NCBI RefSeq assembly: GCF_001457615.1
Contig: NZ_LN831024.1
Span: 2,850,001 to 2,882,000 of the forward strand
DNA: 32,000 bases
Reading direction: 5' to 3'
Source of the DNA: Pseudomonas aeruginosa
Lineage (GTDB): Bacteria; Pseudomonadota; Gammaproteobacteria; Pseudomonadales; Pseudomonadaceae
In this document: in pieces, positions 1 to 9,707 of the stretch
Layout: each line of letters begins with the position of its first letter
Numbering within the stretch: position 1 is the first letter of the stretch
Position numbers and translations under genes: made by a program
Notes under the pieces: generated by a model
The model's input: the letters and a program-made list of their open reading frames with translations, nothing else
Told to the model about the DNA's origin: nothing
The model's database searches: none

Positions 1-279
1 GCCACCGGTTATGAGCGGCAGTTGCATCGTCAACTGCTGGAGCCGATGGCCGACTACCTCGGGGACTTCGAGGTCGACCGCAACTATCGTCTGATCACCG
101 ACCAGCGTTGCCAGGCGTCGATCTACATGCAGGGCTTCTGCCAGGCCAGCCATGGCCTCAGCGACACCCTGCTGTCGGTGCTGCCGGTGCGTGCCGAGGA
201 AATCTCCGGCTCCCTGTACCAGCACCTGAAGCCCGGCACTGCGGCCCGCGCCCTGCACGAGCACGCCCTGGCCAGCTGA
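1..279 (+). CDS. pvdA: L-ornithine N5-monooxygenase, C-terminal fragment (5' end outside window)
   Basis: Frame 1 is open from base 1 (ATGYERQLHRQLLEPMADYLGDFEVDRNYRL...LHEHALAS) to a TGA at 279. The ATGY motif and C-terminal tail match P. aeruginosa PvdA as remembered, and the gene lies immediately upstream of pvdQ. Confidence 0.93.
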   Translation, partial: ATGYERQLHRQLLEPMADYLGDFEVDRNYRLITDQRCQASIYMQGFCQASHGLSDTLLSVLPVRAEEISGSLYQHLKPGTAARALHEHALAS

Positions 280-401
280 TCGGCGCCACGCCGCCACGCC
301 CTGTGTTGCCCGTTTCCCCGCCAGGGGATGCCCGGCACGCAGGGCGTTTTCGTTGCATGTCCCGGCCGTTCCGGCCACCACTTTGCAGAGAAACGACATC
401 G

Positions 402-2690
402 ATGGGGATGCGTACCGTACTGACCGGCCTGGCCGGCATGCTGTTGGGTTCGATGATGCCGGTCCAGGCCGATATGCCGCGGCCGACCGGGCTGGCCGCG
501 GACATCCGCTGGACCGCCTATGGCGTGCCGCACATCCGGGCCAAGGATGAGCGCGGCCTGGGCTATGGCATCGGCTACGCCTACGCGCGCGACAACGCCT
601 GCCTGCTGGCCGAGGAGATCGTCACCGCGCGCGGCGAGCGGGCGCGCTATTTCGGCAGCGAGGGCAAGTCGTCGGCCGAGCTGGACAACCTGCCGTCCGA
701 CATCTTCTACGCCTGGCTCAACCAACCCGAGGCGCTGCAAGCCTTCTGGCAGGCGCAGACGCCCGCGGTACGCCAGTTGCTCGAAGGCTACGCCGCCGGT
801 TTCAACCGCTTCCTCCGCGAGGCCGACGGCAAGACCACCAGTTGCCTTGGCCAGCCCTGGCTGCGGGCCATCGCGACCGATGACCTGCTGCGCCTGACCC
901 GGCGCCTGCTGGTCGAAGGCGGGGTCGGCCAGTTCGCCGACGCGCTGGTAGCCGCCGCGCCGCCCGGAGCGGAGAAGGTCGCCTTGAGCGGCGAGCAGGC
1001 GTTCCAGGTCGCCGAGCAGCGGCGCCAGCGCTTCCGCCTGGAGCGCGGCAGCAACGCCATTGCCGTTGGCAGCGAACGTTCGGCGGACGGCAAGGGCATG
1101 CTCCTGGCCAACCCGCACTTCCCCTGGAACGGCGCGATGCGTTTCTACCAGATGCACCTGACCATTCCCGGCCGGCTCGACGTGATGGGGGCCTCGCTGC
1201 CCGGCCTGCCGGTGGTCAACATCGGCTTCAGCCGCCACCTGGCCTGGACCCACACGGTGGATACCTCCAGCCACTTCACCCTGTATCGCCTGGCGCTGGA
1301 CCCGAAGGACCCGCGGCGCTACCTGGTCGACGGTCGTTCGCTGCCGCTGGAGGAGAAGTCCGTCGCGATCGAGGTACGCGGCGCCGACGGCAAGCTGTCG
1401 CGCGTCGAGCACAAGGTCTACCAGTCGATCTACGGCCCGCTGGTGGTCTGGCCCGGCAAGCTGGACTGGAACCGCAGCGAGGCCTATGCGCTGCGTGACG
1501 CCAACCTGGAGAACACCCGGGTACTGCAACAGTGGTACTCGATCAACCAGGCCAGCGACGTCGCCGACCTGCGCCGGCGCGTCGAGGCGCTACAGGGGAT
1601 CCCCTGGGTCAACACCCTGGCCGCGGACGAGCAGGGCAACGCCCTGTACATGAACCAGTCGGTGGTGCCCTACCTGAAGCCGGAACTGATTCCCGCCTGC
1701 GCCATTCCGCAACTGGTCGCCGAAGGCCTGCCGGCCCTCCAGGGGCAGGACAGCCGCTGTGCCTGGAGCCGCGACCCGGCCGCGGCCCAGGCTGGCATCA
1801 CCCCGGCGGCGCAACTGCCGGTGCTGTTGCGCAGGGACTTCGTGCAGAACTCCAACGACAGCGCCTGGCTGACCAACCCGGCGAGCCCGCTGCAGGGCTT
1901 CTCGCCCCTGGTCAGCCAGGAGAAGCCCATCGGTCCGCGGGCGCGCTACGCCCTGAGCCGGCTACAGGGCAAGCAGCCGCTGGAGGCGAAGACGCTCGAG
2001 GAAATGGTCACCGCCAACCATGTCTTCAGCGCCGACCAGGTGCTGCCGGACCTGCTCCGCCTGTGCCGCGACAACCAGGGCGAGAATTCCCTTGCCCGTG
2101 CCTGCGCGGCCCTGGCGCAGTGGGACCGTGGCGCCAACCTCGACAGCGGCAGCGGCTTCGTCTACTTCCAGCGCTTCATGCAACGCTTCGCCGAACTCGA
2201 CGGCGCGTGGAAGGAACCGTTCGATGCGCAACGTCCCCTGGATACGCCGCAAGGCATCGCCCTCGACCGGCCGCAGGTGGCGACCCAGGTGCGCCAGGCG
2301 CTGGCGGACGCGGCGGCGGAGGTGGAGAAGAGCGGGATTCCCGACGGCGCGCGCTGGGGCGACCTGCAAGTGAGCACCCGTGGCCAGGAACGCATCGCGA
2401 TTCCCGGCGGCGATGGCCATTTCGGGGTCTACAACGCGATCCAGAGCGTCCGCAAGGGCGACCACCTGGAGGTGGTCGGCGGCACCAGCTACATCCAGCT
2501 GGTGACCTTCCCCGAGGAAGGGCCCAAGGCTCGCGGGTTGCTGGCTTTCTCCCAGTCCAGCGATCCGCGCTCGCCGCACTACCGCGACCAGACCGAGCTG
2601 TTTTCCCGCCAGCAATGGCAGACCTTGCCGTTCAGCGACAGGCAGATCGACGCCGACCCGCAACTGCAACGGCTAAGCATTCGCGAATGA
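402..2690 (+). CDS. pvdQ: Acyl-homoserine lactone acylase / pyoverdine precursor acylase, Ntn-hydrolase family
   Basis: 762-aa ORF starting MGMRTVLTGLAGMLLGSMMPVQADMPRPTG with a signal peptide. It has the internal autocatalytic Ser context LERGSNAIAVGSERSADGKGMLLANPHFPW typical of penicillin/AHL acylases. The ORF track start at 108 is an upstream over-extension. Confidence 0.96.
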   Translation: MGMRTVLTGLAGMLLGSMMPVQADMPRPTGLAADIRWTAYGVPHIRAKDERGLGYGIGYAYARDNACLLAEEIVTARGERARYFGSEGKSSAELDNLPSDIFYAWLNQPEALQAFWQAQTPAVRQLLEGYAAGFNRFLREADGKTTSCLGQPWLRAIATDDLLRLTRRLLVEGGVGQFADALVAAAPPGAEKVALSGEQAFQVAEQRRQRFRLERGSNAIAVGSERSADGKGMLLANPHFPWNGAMRFYQMHLTIPGRLDVMGASLPGLPVVNIGFSRHLAWTHTVDTSSHFTLYRLALDPKDPRRYLVDGRSLPLEEKSVAIEVRGADGKLSRVEHKVYQSIYGPLVVWPGKLDWNRSEAYALRDANLENTRVLQQWYSINQASDVADLRRRVEALQGIPWVNTLAADEQGNALYMNQSVVPYLKPELIPACAIPQLVAEGLPALQGQDSRCAWSRDPAAAQAGITPAAQLPVLLRRDFVQNSNDSAWLTNPASPLQGFSPLVSQEKPIGPRARYALSRLQGKQPLEAKTLEEMVTANHVFSADQVLPDLLRLCRDNQGENSLARACAALAQWDRGANLDSGSGFVYFQRFMQRFAELDGAWKEPFDAQRPLDTPQGIALDRPQVATQVRQALADAAAEVEKSGIPDGARWGDLQVSTRGQERIAIPGGDGHFGVYNAIQSVRKGDHLEVVGGTSYIQLVTFPEEGPKARGLLAFSQSSDPRSPHYRDQTELFSRQQWQTLPFSDRQIDADPQLQRLSIRE

Positions 2691-2870
2691 TAAGCAATGC
2701 CTATCAGATCTGATGGGAAAAAAACTGACGGTTTTTCCGCGCTCGTTCGTCTTTAACCATAGAGGCGGCCCACAGCCGCCCGGTTCCAGGGAACACGTGC
2801 AGGCAGCGAGCAGGGATGCTCGGCTTCGGCGGGGACCCGCTACCCACTCGTCCACGAAAGGAGCGTCACG

Positions 2871-3194
2871 ATGACCCATTCGCCCGTCAAACAGATGTTG
2901 AAGGAGGCCGGCCTGAAGATGAGCCTGGCCCGGCTGAAAGTGATCGATGCGCTCTGGGAAGCCTCGGGGGAGCAGGGCCGGGTGCCGATCCGCACCCTGC
3001 ACCGGCGTCTCTCCGAAACCGGTACGCCGCTGTCCCTGGTGAGCATCCGCCAGGTCCTCGGGCGCCTGGTGGAAAGCGGCCTGGTGACCCTCGACGAACA
3101 GGATGTCTACAGCCCCGGCAAGGCTTCCTGGGGCGGTGCCGCCGGTTCCGCGGCGCCCGAGCGCCGCGCCGCGGCCAACGAGCAGCGGCTCTGA
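2871..3194 (+). CDS. Small Fur-family-like winged-helix protein
   Basis: 107 aa. KQMLKEAGLKMSLARLKVIDAL...IRTLHRRLSETGTPLSLVSIRQVLGRLVESGLV resembles the Fur N-terminal DNA-binding domain. The metal-binding C-terminal domain appears to be missing. Confidence 0.7.
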   Translation: MTHSPVKQMLKEAGLKMSLARLKVIDALWEASGEQGRVPIRTLHRRLSETGTPLSLVSIRQVLGRLVESGLVTLDEQDVYSPGKASWGGAAGSAAPERRAAANEQRL

Positions 3195-3235
3195 CGCGGT
3201 ATCCCTGATCTCGGGCAGCGGGTAAAGTCTGCCCC

Positions 3236-4156
3236 ATGCTCAATCCCGACGATTTCCGTTTTCCTTCCATCGAAGCGTTGCAGGCGTTCGAAGCGGCTGC
3301 CCGGCTGGGTACCTTCGAGCGCGCCGCCGAACTCCTGTCGATCACCGGCAGCGCCGCCAGCAAGCGGGTTTCCGGTCTCGAGGGGATGCTCGGGGTGAGC
3401 CTGTTGCAGCGCGACGGCCGCTCGCTGGCGCTGACCTCCCACGGCCGCGAGTACCTCGAACAGATCGCGCCGATCCTCGCCCAGCTCGCGGCGGTTCCGC
3501 TGCATCGTCGCCAGGTCCAGCGCCAGCAGCGGCTGACCCTGCGCACGCCGCCGACCTTCGCCCGGCAGATCCTGATTCCGCGCCTGGCGTCCTTCGCCGA
3601 GGCCTGTCCGGAAATCGAGCTGGAGATTCTCCTGTCAAGTCCTTCGGACGGCCAGGACCTGCCGCTGGCCGATGTCGAGGTGCGCGGCGACAGCCATGGC
3701 GTGGCGGCCGGCGAGCGGCTGCTGGAGGAGCGCGTGCTACCGATGGCCGCGCCGGGGCTGCTGCTCGGCCTGCCGCGGCCCTGGACGCCAGCCATGCTCG
3801 CCGGCCTGCCGTTGCTGCGCTCGCCGCTGGAGCCCTGGCAGCCGTGGTTCCGCGTGGCCGGGCTGGACTGGCCGGAGCCCTGCGCCGGGCCGCGCCTGCT
3901 CGATTTGGGCATGACCCTGGAAGCCGCCGCCAACGGCCAGGGCGTGGCCCTCGCGCGACCCTCGCTGGCGCGCGCCTGGCTTGCCGAGGGGCGGCTGGTG
4001 GTGCTGTTCCCGCTGCGTTCGGCGCCCACCCACCATTACCACCTGCGCAGCCACCAGGCCTCGCCGGCCAGCCAGCGTTTCGCCGCCTGGCTGGCGGCGA
4101 TCTGCCGCGAGGCGGTGGTCCAGGGCAGGGAATTCCTTCCGGCGGCGGACGACTGA
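3236..4156 (+). CDS. LysR-family transcriptional regulator (GcvA-like)
   Basis: 306 aa. N-terminal HTH: FRFPSIEALQAFEAAARLGTFERAAELLSITGSAASKRVSGLEGMLGVSLLQRDGRSLALT. Confidence 0.93.
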   Translation: MLNPDDFRFPSIEALQAFEAAARLGTFERAAELLSITGSAASKRVSGLEGMLGVSLLQRDGRSLALTSHGREYLEQIAPILAQLAAVPLHRRQVQRQQRLTLRTPPTFARQILIPRLASFAEACPEIELEILLSSPSDGQDLPLADVEVRGDSHGVAAGERLLEERVLPMAAPGLLLGLPRPWTPAMLAGLPLLRSPLEPWQPWFRVAGLDWPEPCAGPRLLDLGMTLEAAANGQGVALARPSLARAWLAEGRLVVLFPLRSAPTHHYHLRSHQASPASQRFAAWLAAICREAVVQGREFLPAADD

Positions 4157-4252
4157 AACGGCGGAATTTCCTTCCGCCGATGCCGACAATTATTCCGCCT
4201 GCGGCGGTACGTCGCGCTCTACCATCCAGCCACCCCCGAAGGAGTGGACTGC

Positions 4253-5404
4253 ATGAGCGTCATCACCGATATCGAAGACCTGCGCCGCCTGGCGCGCAAG
4301 CGCGTGCCGCGGATGTTCTACGACTACGCCGACTCCGGTTCCTGGAGCGAAGGCACCTACCGCGCCAACCAGGACGACTTCGCCGCGATCAAGCTGCGCC
4401 AGCGGGTCGCGCGGAATATCGAGAACCGCTCGCTGCGCACCCGCATGCTCGGCCAGGAGATGGCCATGCCGGTGGCCATCGCGCCCACCGGGCTGGCCGG
4501 CATGCAGCATGCCGACGGCGAGATCCTCGCCGCCCGCGCCGCCGCCGAGTTCGGCGTGCGCTACACCCTCTCGACCATGAGCATCTGTTCCCTGGAGGAC
4601 ATCGCCACGGAAGTCGGCCAGCCGTTCTGGTTCCAGCTCTACGTGATGCGCGACCGCGATTTCATCGAACGCCTGATCGACCGTGCCAAGGCCGCCGGCT
4701 GCGACGCGCTGGTGCTGACCCTCGACCTGCAGATCATCGGCCAGCGCCACAAGGACCTGAAGAACGGTCTCTCGGCGCCGCCGCGGCCGACCCTGGCCAA
4801 CCTGCTGAACATCGCCACCAAGCCGCGCTGGGCGCTGGGCATGCTCGGCACCCGGCGTCGCGGTTTCGGCAACATCGTCGGGCACGTCAAGGGCGTCGAC
4901 GACATGGGCTCACTGTCCGAGTGGACCGCCCGCCAGTTCGACCCGCGGCTGAACTGGGGCGACGTCGAATGGATCAAGCGGCGCTGGGGCGGCAAGCTGG
5001 TACTCAAGGGCATTCTCGATGCCGAGGATGCGCGGCTGGCCGCCGACTCCGGCGCCGATGCGCTGGTCGTCAGCAACCATGGCGGACGCCAACTGGACGG
5101 CGCGCCCTCGACCATCAGCGCGCTGCCGGCGATCGTCGAGGCGGTGGGCGAGTGCATCGAGGTCTGGCTCGACAGCGGCATCCGTTCCGGGCAGGACGTG
5201 CTCAAGGCCATCGCCCTCGGTGCGCGCGGGACCATGATCGGCCGTCCCTATCTCTACGGGCTGGGCGCGCTGGGGCAGGCCGGAGTGACGCGGGCGCTGG
5301 AGATCATAGCCCGCGAGCTGGACCTGACCATGGCCTTCTGCGGCCATACCGACATCCGCGAGGTCGGCCGGGACATCCTGTTGCCGGGAAGCTATCCGCG
5401 ATAG
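4253..5404 (+). CDS. lldA: FMN-dependent L-lactate dehydrogenase / alpha-hydroxy-acid dehydrogenase
   Basis: 383 aa from ATG at 4253 (downstream of GGAG). Family motifs SNHGGRQLDG, DSGIRSGQDVLKAIALGARGTMIGRPYLYGLGALGQAGV. The position between pvdQ and the T6SS locus matches the P. aeruginosa lldA paralogue. Confidence 0.85.
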   Translation: MSVITDIEDLRRLARKRVPRMFYDYADSGSWSEGTYRANQDDFAAIKLRQRVARNIENRSLRTRMLGQEMAMPVAIAPTGLAGMQHADGEILAARAAAEFGVRYTLSTMSICSLEDIATEVGQPFWFQLYVMRDRDFIERLIDRAKAAGCDALVLTLDLQIIGQRHKDLKNGLSAPPRPTLANLLNIATKPRWALGMLGTRRRGFGNIVGHVKGVDDMGSLSEWTARQFDPRLNWGDVEWIKRRWGGKLVLKGILDAEDARLAADSGADALVVSNHGGRQLDGAPSTISALPAIVEAVGECIEVWLDSGIRSGQDVLKAIALGARGTMIGRPYLYGLGALGQAGVTRALEIIARELDLTMAFCGHTDIREVGRDILLPGSYPR

Positions 5405-5470
5405 CTGCGAACGGCGAATGGAAGGGAAGAGCGCAAGCCGCGCGGCTCGACGGCCGCGCGGCAAACAGGA

Positions 5471-5713
5471 TCAGGCGGCGGAACTCCAGCGCAGGACGAT
5501 GCTGCCGTCGCGCTGCGGGTCGAGCAGCCACTGGTTGGAACGGTCGAAGCTTTCCAGCAGGTGGGCCCAGTCGCCCTCGTCTTCGCCGGGCAATCGGGAA
5601 ATGCAGGCCTGGCAGGCCTGTTGCGCGGCCGGGGCGTGGATGATGCGCTGGATGCGGGTGTTCAGCAGGTCATAGGCCGTGGGCAGGGCGGGGATCGATG
5701 CAGTGTGGTTCAT
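5471..5713 (-). CDS. Small hypothetical protein, 80 aa
   Basis: Complete ORF MNHTASIPALPTAYDLLNTRIQRIIHAPAAQQACQACISRLPGEDEGDWAHLLESF...; upstream AG-rich sequence in the minus orientation. No family recognised. Confidence 0.7.
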   Translation of the reverse strand: MNHTASIPALPTAYDLLNTRIQRIIHAPAAQQACQACISRLPGEDEGDWAHLLESFDRSNQWLLDPQRDGSIVLRWSSAA

Positions 5714-6007
5714 GGGTGCCTCCGCTTGCTTTCTCGGTTATGGGTGGGTGGATAAAGGAACCCTCGGTTCCGGCGAGATACCTTTGTAGCGGAACTCGTG
5801 TGAAGAAAGTATTGCAACGTTGTCGCAGGGGCACGCCGCAGGGATGTACGGCTCTTGGCAACGGCTCTGGCGGTAGGCGACACTGCGTCGCGAGGAAAAT
5901 CGTTGCGCATTGTTTCAATGCGCGGAAAGGCGTTTTTCCAGGGATGGGCTTTGACCGGCACCCAGTGCAAGGCAAGGTGACCGGTACTTCTCGACGGATA
6001 CGACTGC

Positions 6008-6244
6008 ATGGCGTTAGAACCTTCCGATGTTTTGCTCGAATCGGTGTTTTGTCAGCTGGATGCCGACACCCCGCGTTCCCTCCATGATCTCAAGGGCGAC
6101 CCCAGGGCCAACCTGCTGGCGATCCGCCTGCTGTTCCGCCAGGGCCGCATCACCGGCGTGCTGCTGGACGACCCCAGCGGTGCCGAGGACCAGCATGGGC
6201 CGTTGATCTACCACGCCGAGCGCCTGCGCGTGCGGCGCGGCTAA
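6008..6244 (+). CDS. Small hypothetical protein, 78 aa
   Basis: MALEPSDVLLESVFCQLDADTPRSLHDLKGDPRANLLAIRLLFRQGRITGVLLDD...; complete ORF in an otherwise empty interval. No family recognised. Confidence 0.6.
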   Translation: MALEPSDVLLESVFCQLDADTPRSLHDLKGDPRANLLAIRLLFRQGRITGVLLDDPSGAEDQHGPLIYHAERLRVRRG

Positions 6245-6508
6245 CGCCGTTTCCCCTGGCCGAGCCGCTCGCTTTCCGGCGAGCGGCGAGGAGCGGGCCA
6301 CCGGGAAGGCTGCCTCGCCCGGGCGATTCCCGCCCGGCTTGGGTATCGTTGAATTCCATTCAACGATACGTTCAGTTCTGCCAGGTTATCCGCCGCAGTC
6401 CTCTCGCCAATAATCTCCCTTTAGTCCGATGAGAGACTCGCCGCGCCCATGGGGGCGGCGCAGTCGCCGTGCGACTCCATAACCAGAAACCAGAAAAGGC
6501 GTGCACCG

Positions 6509-6979
6509 ATGATTACCCTGAACCTCAATGGCAAGGATCATCAGCTCGATGTCACCGAGGATATGCCCTTGCTCTGGGCTATTCGCGACGTCGTCGGCTA
6601 TACCGGGACCAAGTTCGGCTGCGGCATGGGCCTGTGCGGCTCCTGCACCATCCATATCGACGGCCAGGCCACCCGTTCCTGCATCACGCCGGTGAGCCTG
6701 GCGCAGGGCAGGAAGGTCACCACCATCGACCACCTGCACACCGACAAGGTCGGCGAAGTCGTCCAGCAGGCCTGGCTGGACATCGGCGTGGCGCAGTGCG
6801 GCTACTGCCAGGGCGGGCAGATCATGTCGGCCACGGCGTTGCTGAAGAGCAACCCCGCGCCCAGCGACGAGCAGATCGAGGCGGCCATGGCCGGCAACAT
6901 CTGCCGCTGCGGCACCTACAACCGGATCAAGACGGCGATCCACAACGCCTCCGCCAAGTTGCAGGAGGCCAAGGCATGA
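6509..6979 (+). CDS. 2Fe-2S ferredoxin-type small subunit of a xanthine dehydrogenase-family oxidoreductase
   Basis: 156 aa. Cys motifs GTKFGCGMGLCGSCTIHIDG and CGYCQGGQIMSATAL...AMAGNICRCGTYNRI are the two [2Fe-2S] sites of this family. Confidence 0.95.
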   Translation: MITLNLNGKDHQLDVTEDMPLLWAIRDVVGYTGTKFGCGMGLCGSCTIHIDGQATRSCITPVSLAQGRKVTTIDHLHTDKVGEVVQQAWLDIGVAQCGYCQGGQIMSATALLKSNPAPSDEQIEAAMAGNICRCGTYNRIKTAIHNASAKLQEAKA

Positions 6980-9291
6980 AGCGCTCGTACCCCGACGATC
7001 TGGTCATCGGCAATCTCAGCCGCCGCGGTTTCCTCAAGGGCGTCGGCGCCACCGGCGTGCTGCTGGTGGCTGCCAACTGGGGCTGGCGCGACGCCCTGGC
7101 CGCCGAGAAGAAGGCCTTTGGCGCCGACGCCATGCCCCACGGCTGGGTGGACAACCCGAAGATCTACGTGAGCATCGACCGGGACGGCACGGTCGGCATC
7201 GTCTGCAACCGCTCGGAAATGGGCCAGGGCGTGCGCACCAGCCTGGCGATGGTGGTGGCCGACGAGCTGGAGGCCGACTGGAGCCGGGTCAAGGTGATCC
7301 AGGCGCCCGGCGACGAAGCGCGCTACGGCAACCAGGACACCGATGGCTCGCGCAGCATGCGCCATTGGTTCGAACCCATGCGCCGCTGCGGTGCGGCGGC
7401 GCGACAGATGCTCGAACAGGCCGCGGCCAACCAGTGGAAGGTCCCGCTGGGCGAGTGCCGCGCCGAACAGAACAAGGTGCTGCATGCGCCCAGCGGCCGT
7501 TCGCTGTCCTTCGGCGAACTGGCCGAGGCCGCCGCGGGTCTCGAAGTGCCGGCGCGCGACAAGCTGCTGCTGAAGAAGCCCGAGCAGTTCCGCTACATCG
7601 GCAAGGACGTGGCGCGCGCCATCGACGGCGCCGATATCGTCAATGGCCGCGCCGGCTTCGGCTTCGACGCGCGCTTCGACGACATGCTCTACGCCGTGGT
7701 CGCCCGGCCGCCGGTCTACGGCGGCAAGCTCAAGCGCTACGACGCCGCCGCGGCGCTGAAGGTGCCGGGGGTGGTCAAGGTGATCGAGATCGAGGGCCGG
7801 CCGATCCCGTCCGAGTTCCAGCCGCTGGGCGGGGTCGCCGTGGTGGCGCAGAACACCTGGGCGGCGATCAAGGGGCGCGAGGCGCTGGTGGTCGAGTGGG
7901 ACGCCGGGGTCAACGGCGGCTACGACTCGGTGGCCTACCGCAAGCAACTGGAAGAGGCCGCGCGCAAACCGGGCAAGGTGGTGCGCGACAGCGGCGATGC
8001 CGCGGCGCTGTTCGCCAAGGGTGGGGATATCGTCGAGGCCGAGTACTACCTGCCGCACCTGGCCCAGGCGCCGATGGAACCGCCGGTCTCCACCGCCTGG
8101 TACAAAGACGGCGCCTGCGAGGTCTGGGCCCCGACCCAGGCGCCGCAAGTGACCCGCGAGCGCATCGCCGAGCGCCTGAAACTGCCGTTCGACAAGGTCA
8201 CGGTCAACGTGACCCTGCTCGGCGGCGGTTTCGGCCGCAAGTCCAAGCCCGACTTCGTGCTGGAAGCGGCGATCCTGGCCAAGGCGTTCCCCGGTCGCCA
8301 CCTGCGCGTGCAGTGGACCCGCGAGGACGACCTGCATTTCTCCTATTTCCACACGGTCTCGGTGGAGCGCCTGCAGGCCGTGCTCGGCGCCGACGGGCTG
8401 CCGCAGGCTTGGCTGCATCGCTCGGTGGCGCCGAGCATCACCGCACTGTTCGGCCCGGACAGCAAGCACCAGGGCGCCTTCGAACTGGGCATGGGCCTGA
8501 CCAACCTGCCGTTCGCCATCCCCAACGTGCGCCTGGAGAACCCCGAGGCCCCGGCGCACACCCGGGTCGGCTGGTTCCGCTCGGTCTCCAACATTCCCCA
8601 CGCCTTCGCCATCCAGAGCTTCGTCGGCGAACTGGCGGCGAAGGCCGGCCAGGACCCGAAGGACTACCTGCTCAAGCTGCTCGGCCCGGCGCGGCGAATC
8701 GACACCGCCGAACTCGGCGACAGCTGGAACTACGGCGAGTCGCCGGAGCGCTACCCGCTCGATGTCGGCCGCCTGCGCGGGGTGATCGAGGAGGCGGCGC
8801 GCCAGTCCGGCTGGGGCGGCGAGCTGCCCAGGGGCAGGGCGCGGGGAATCGCCGCGCACTACAGCTTCGTCACCTACGTGGCGGTGGTGATCGAGGTGGA
8901 GGTGAAGGACGACGGCGCGCTGCTGGTGCACAAGGCCACCATCGCCGCCGACTGCGGTCCGCAGATCAACCCCGAGCGCATCCGCTCGCAGCTCGAAGGC
9001 GCCTGCGTGATGGGCCTGGGCCTGGCGGCGCTGGGCGAGATCAGCTTCAAGGATGGCAAGGTCCAGCAGGACAACTTCCACCAGTACGAGCTGGCGCGCA
9101 TGCCGCTGGCGCCCAAGGCGGTGTCGGTGCATCTGCTCAAGCCGGATGGCGACCTGCCGTTGGGCGGGGTCGGCGAGCCCGGCGTGCCGCCGATAGCGCC
9201 GGCGCTGTGCAACGCGATCTTCGCCGCCACCGGCAAGCGCATTCGCGAGTTGCCGATCCGCAATCAGTTGCAGGGGTGGCGGAAGGCCTAG
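6976..9291 (+). CDS. Tat-exported molybdopterin-binding aldehyde dehydrogenase large subunit (IorB/xanthine dehydrogenase-family)
   Basis: 771 aa. Twin-arginine signal [23 protein letters not shown]. Molybdenum-cofactor motifs including [17 protein letters not shown] and the C-terminal [31 protein letters not shown] overlap with the upstream subunit. Confidence 0.94.
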   Translation: MKRSYPDDLVIGNLSRRGFLKGVGATGVLLVAANWGWRDALAAEKKAFGADAMPHGWVDNPKIYVSIDRDGTVGIVCNRSEMGQGVRTSLAMVVADELEADWSRVKVIQAPGDEARYGNQDTDGSRSMRHWFEPMRRCGAAARQMLEQAAANQWKVPLGECRAEQNKVLHAPSGRSLSFGELAEAAAGLEVPARDKLLLKKPEQFRYIGKDVARAIDGADIVNGRAGFGFDARFDDMLYAVVARPPVYGGKLKRYDAAAALKVPGVVKVIEIEGRPIPSEFQPLGGVAVVAQNTWAAIKGREALVVEWDAGVNGGYDSVAYRKQLEEAARKPGKVVRDSGDAAALFAKGGDIVEAEYYLPHLAQAPMEPPVSTAWYKDGACEVWAPTQAPQVTRERIAERLKLPFDKVTVNVTLLGGGFGRKSKPDFVLEAAILAKAFPGRHLRVQWTREDDLHFSYFHTVSVERLQAVLGADGLPQAWLHRSVAPSITALFGPDSKHQGAFELGMGLTNLPFAIPNVRLENPEAPAHTRVGWFRSVSNIPHAFAIQSFVGELAAKAGQDPKDYLLKLLGPARRIDTAELGDSWNYGESPERYPLDVGRLRGVIEEAARQSGWGGELPRGRARGIAAHYSFVTYVAVVIEVEVKDDGALLVHKATIAADCGPQINPERIRSQLEGACVMGLGLAALGEISFKDGKVQQDNFHQYELARMPLAPKAVSVHLLKPDGDLPLGGVGEPGVPPIAPALCNAIFAATGKRIRELPIRNQLQGWRKA

Positions 9292-9542
9292 GTCCTTCGT
9301 CCTGGTCGTCGCCTGCGTGAGTTCGCGCGAGCGCAGGCGATGGATCAGGTTCTACGCGGAAGTCGTTGTCGAAGAAGAGTTTTCCGTGCCGTCGTCCTTC
9401 CCTGGCAGAGGCCTGTCGGCGGATAACGCGGGTGGCCTCGTTCGCCCTGCGCAGCGAAGGCGGCAAGCGGACGCCAGGGCGGACAACGGGTAGCGTTATG
9501 CGCCGCCTTGTCGTCTCAACTTAAAGTGAATTCTAGTATTTT

Positions 9543-9570
9543 ATTTATCTTATTAATCAATAAGATAAAT
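9543..9570. repeat. Perfect AT-rich inverted repeat (12-bp arms, 4-nt loop)
   Basis: ATTTATCTTATT-AATC-AATAAGATAAAT read directly from the sequence. Confidence 0.9.
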
Positions 9571-9707
9571 CGTTTATTAAAAGTATTTTATAAGAAGTGG
9601 GGGTCTTCCCAGCCGCTCCAGGGCGCCTGCTTGCCGTCGAAACCGGATTGGCAATTCTCCAGGATCGACGACCCCGCGTCGTCCGTGCGCGAGGCCGTCA
9701 TGGCGGT

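Noticed and set aside
2717-2739. Inverted repeat GGAAAAA...TTTTTCC just downstream of pvdQ as a rho-independent terminator
   Set aside because: The stem is mostly A-T pairs and is followed by GCGCTCG rather than a T-tract, so it was not called as a terminator.
6916-9132. 738-aa minus-strand ORF antisense to the Mo-dehydrogenase
   Set aside because: GC-bias artefact opposite a gene with a Tat signal and cofactor motifs.
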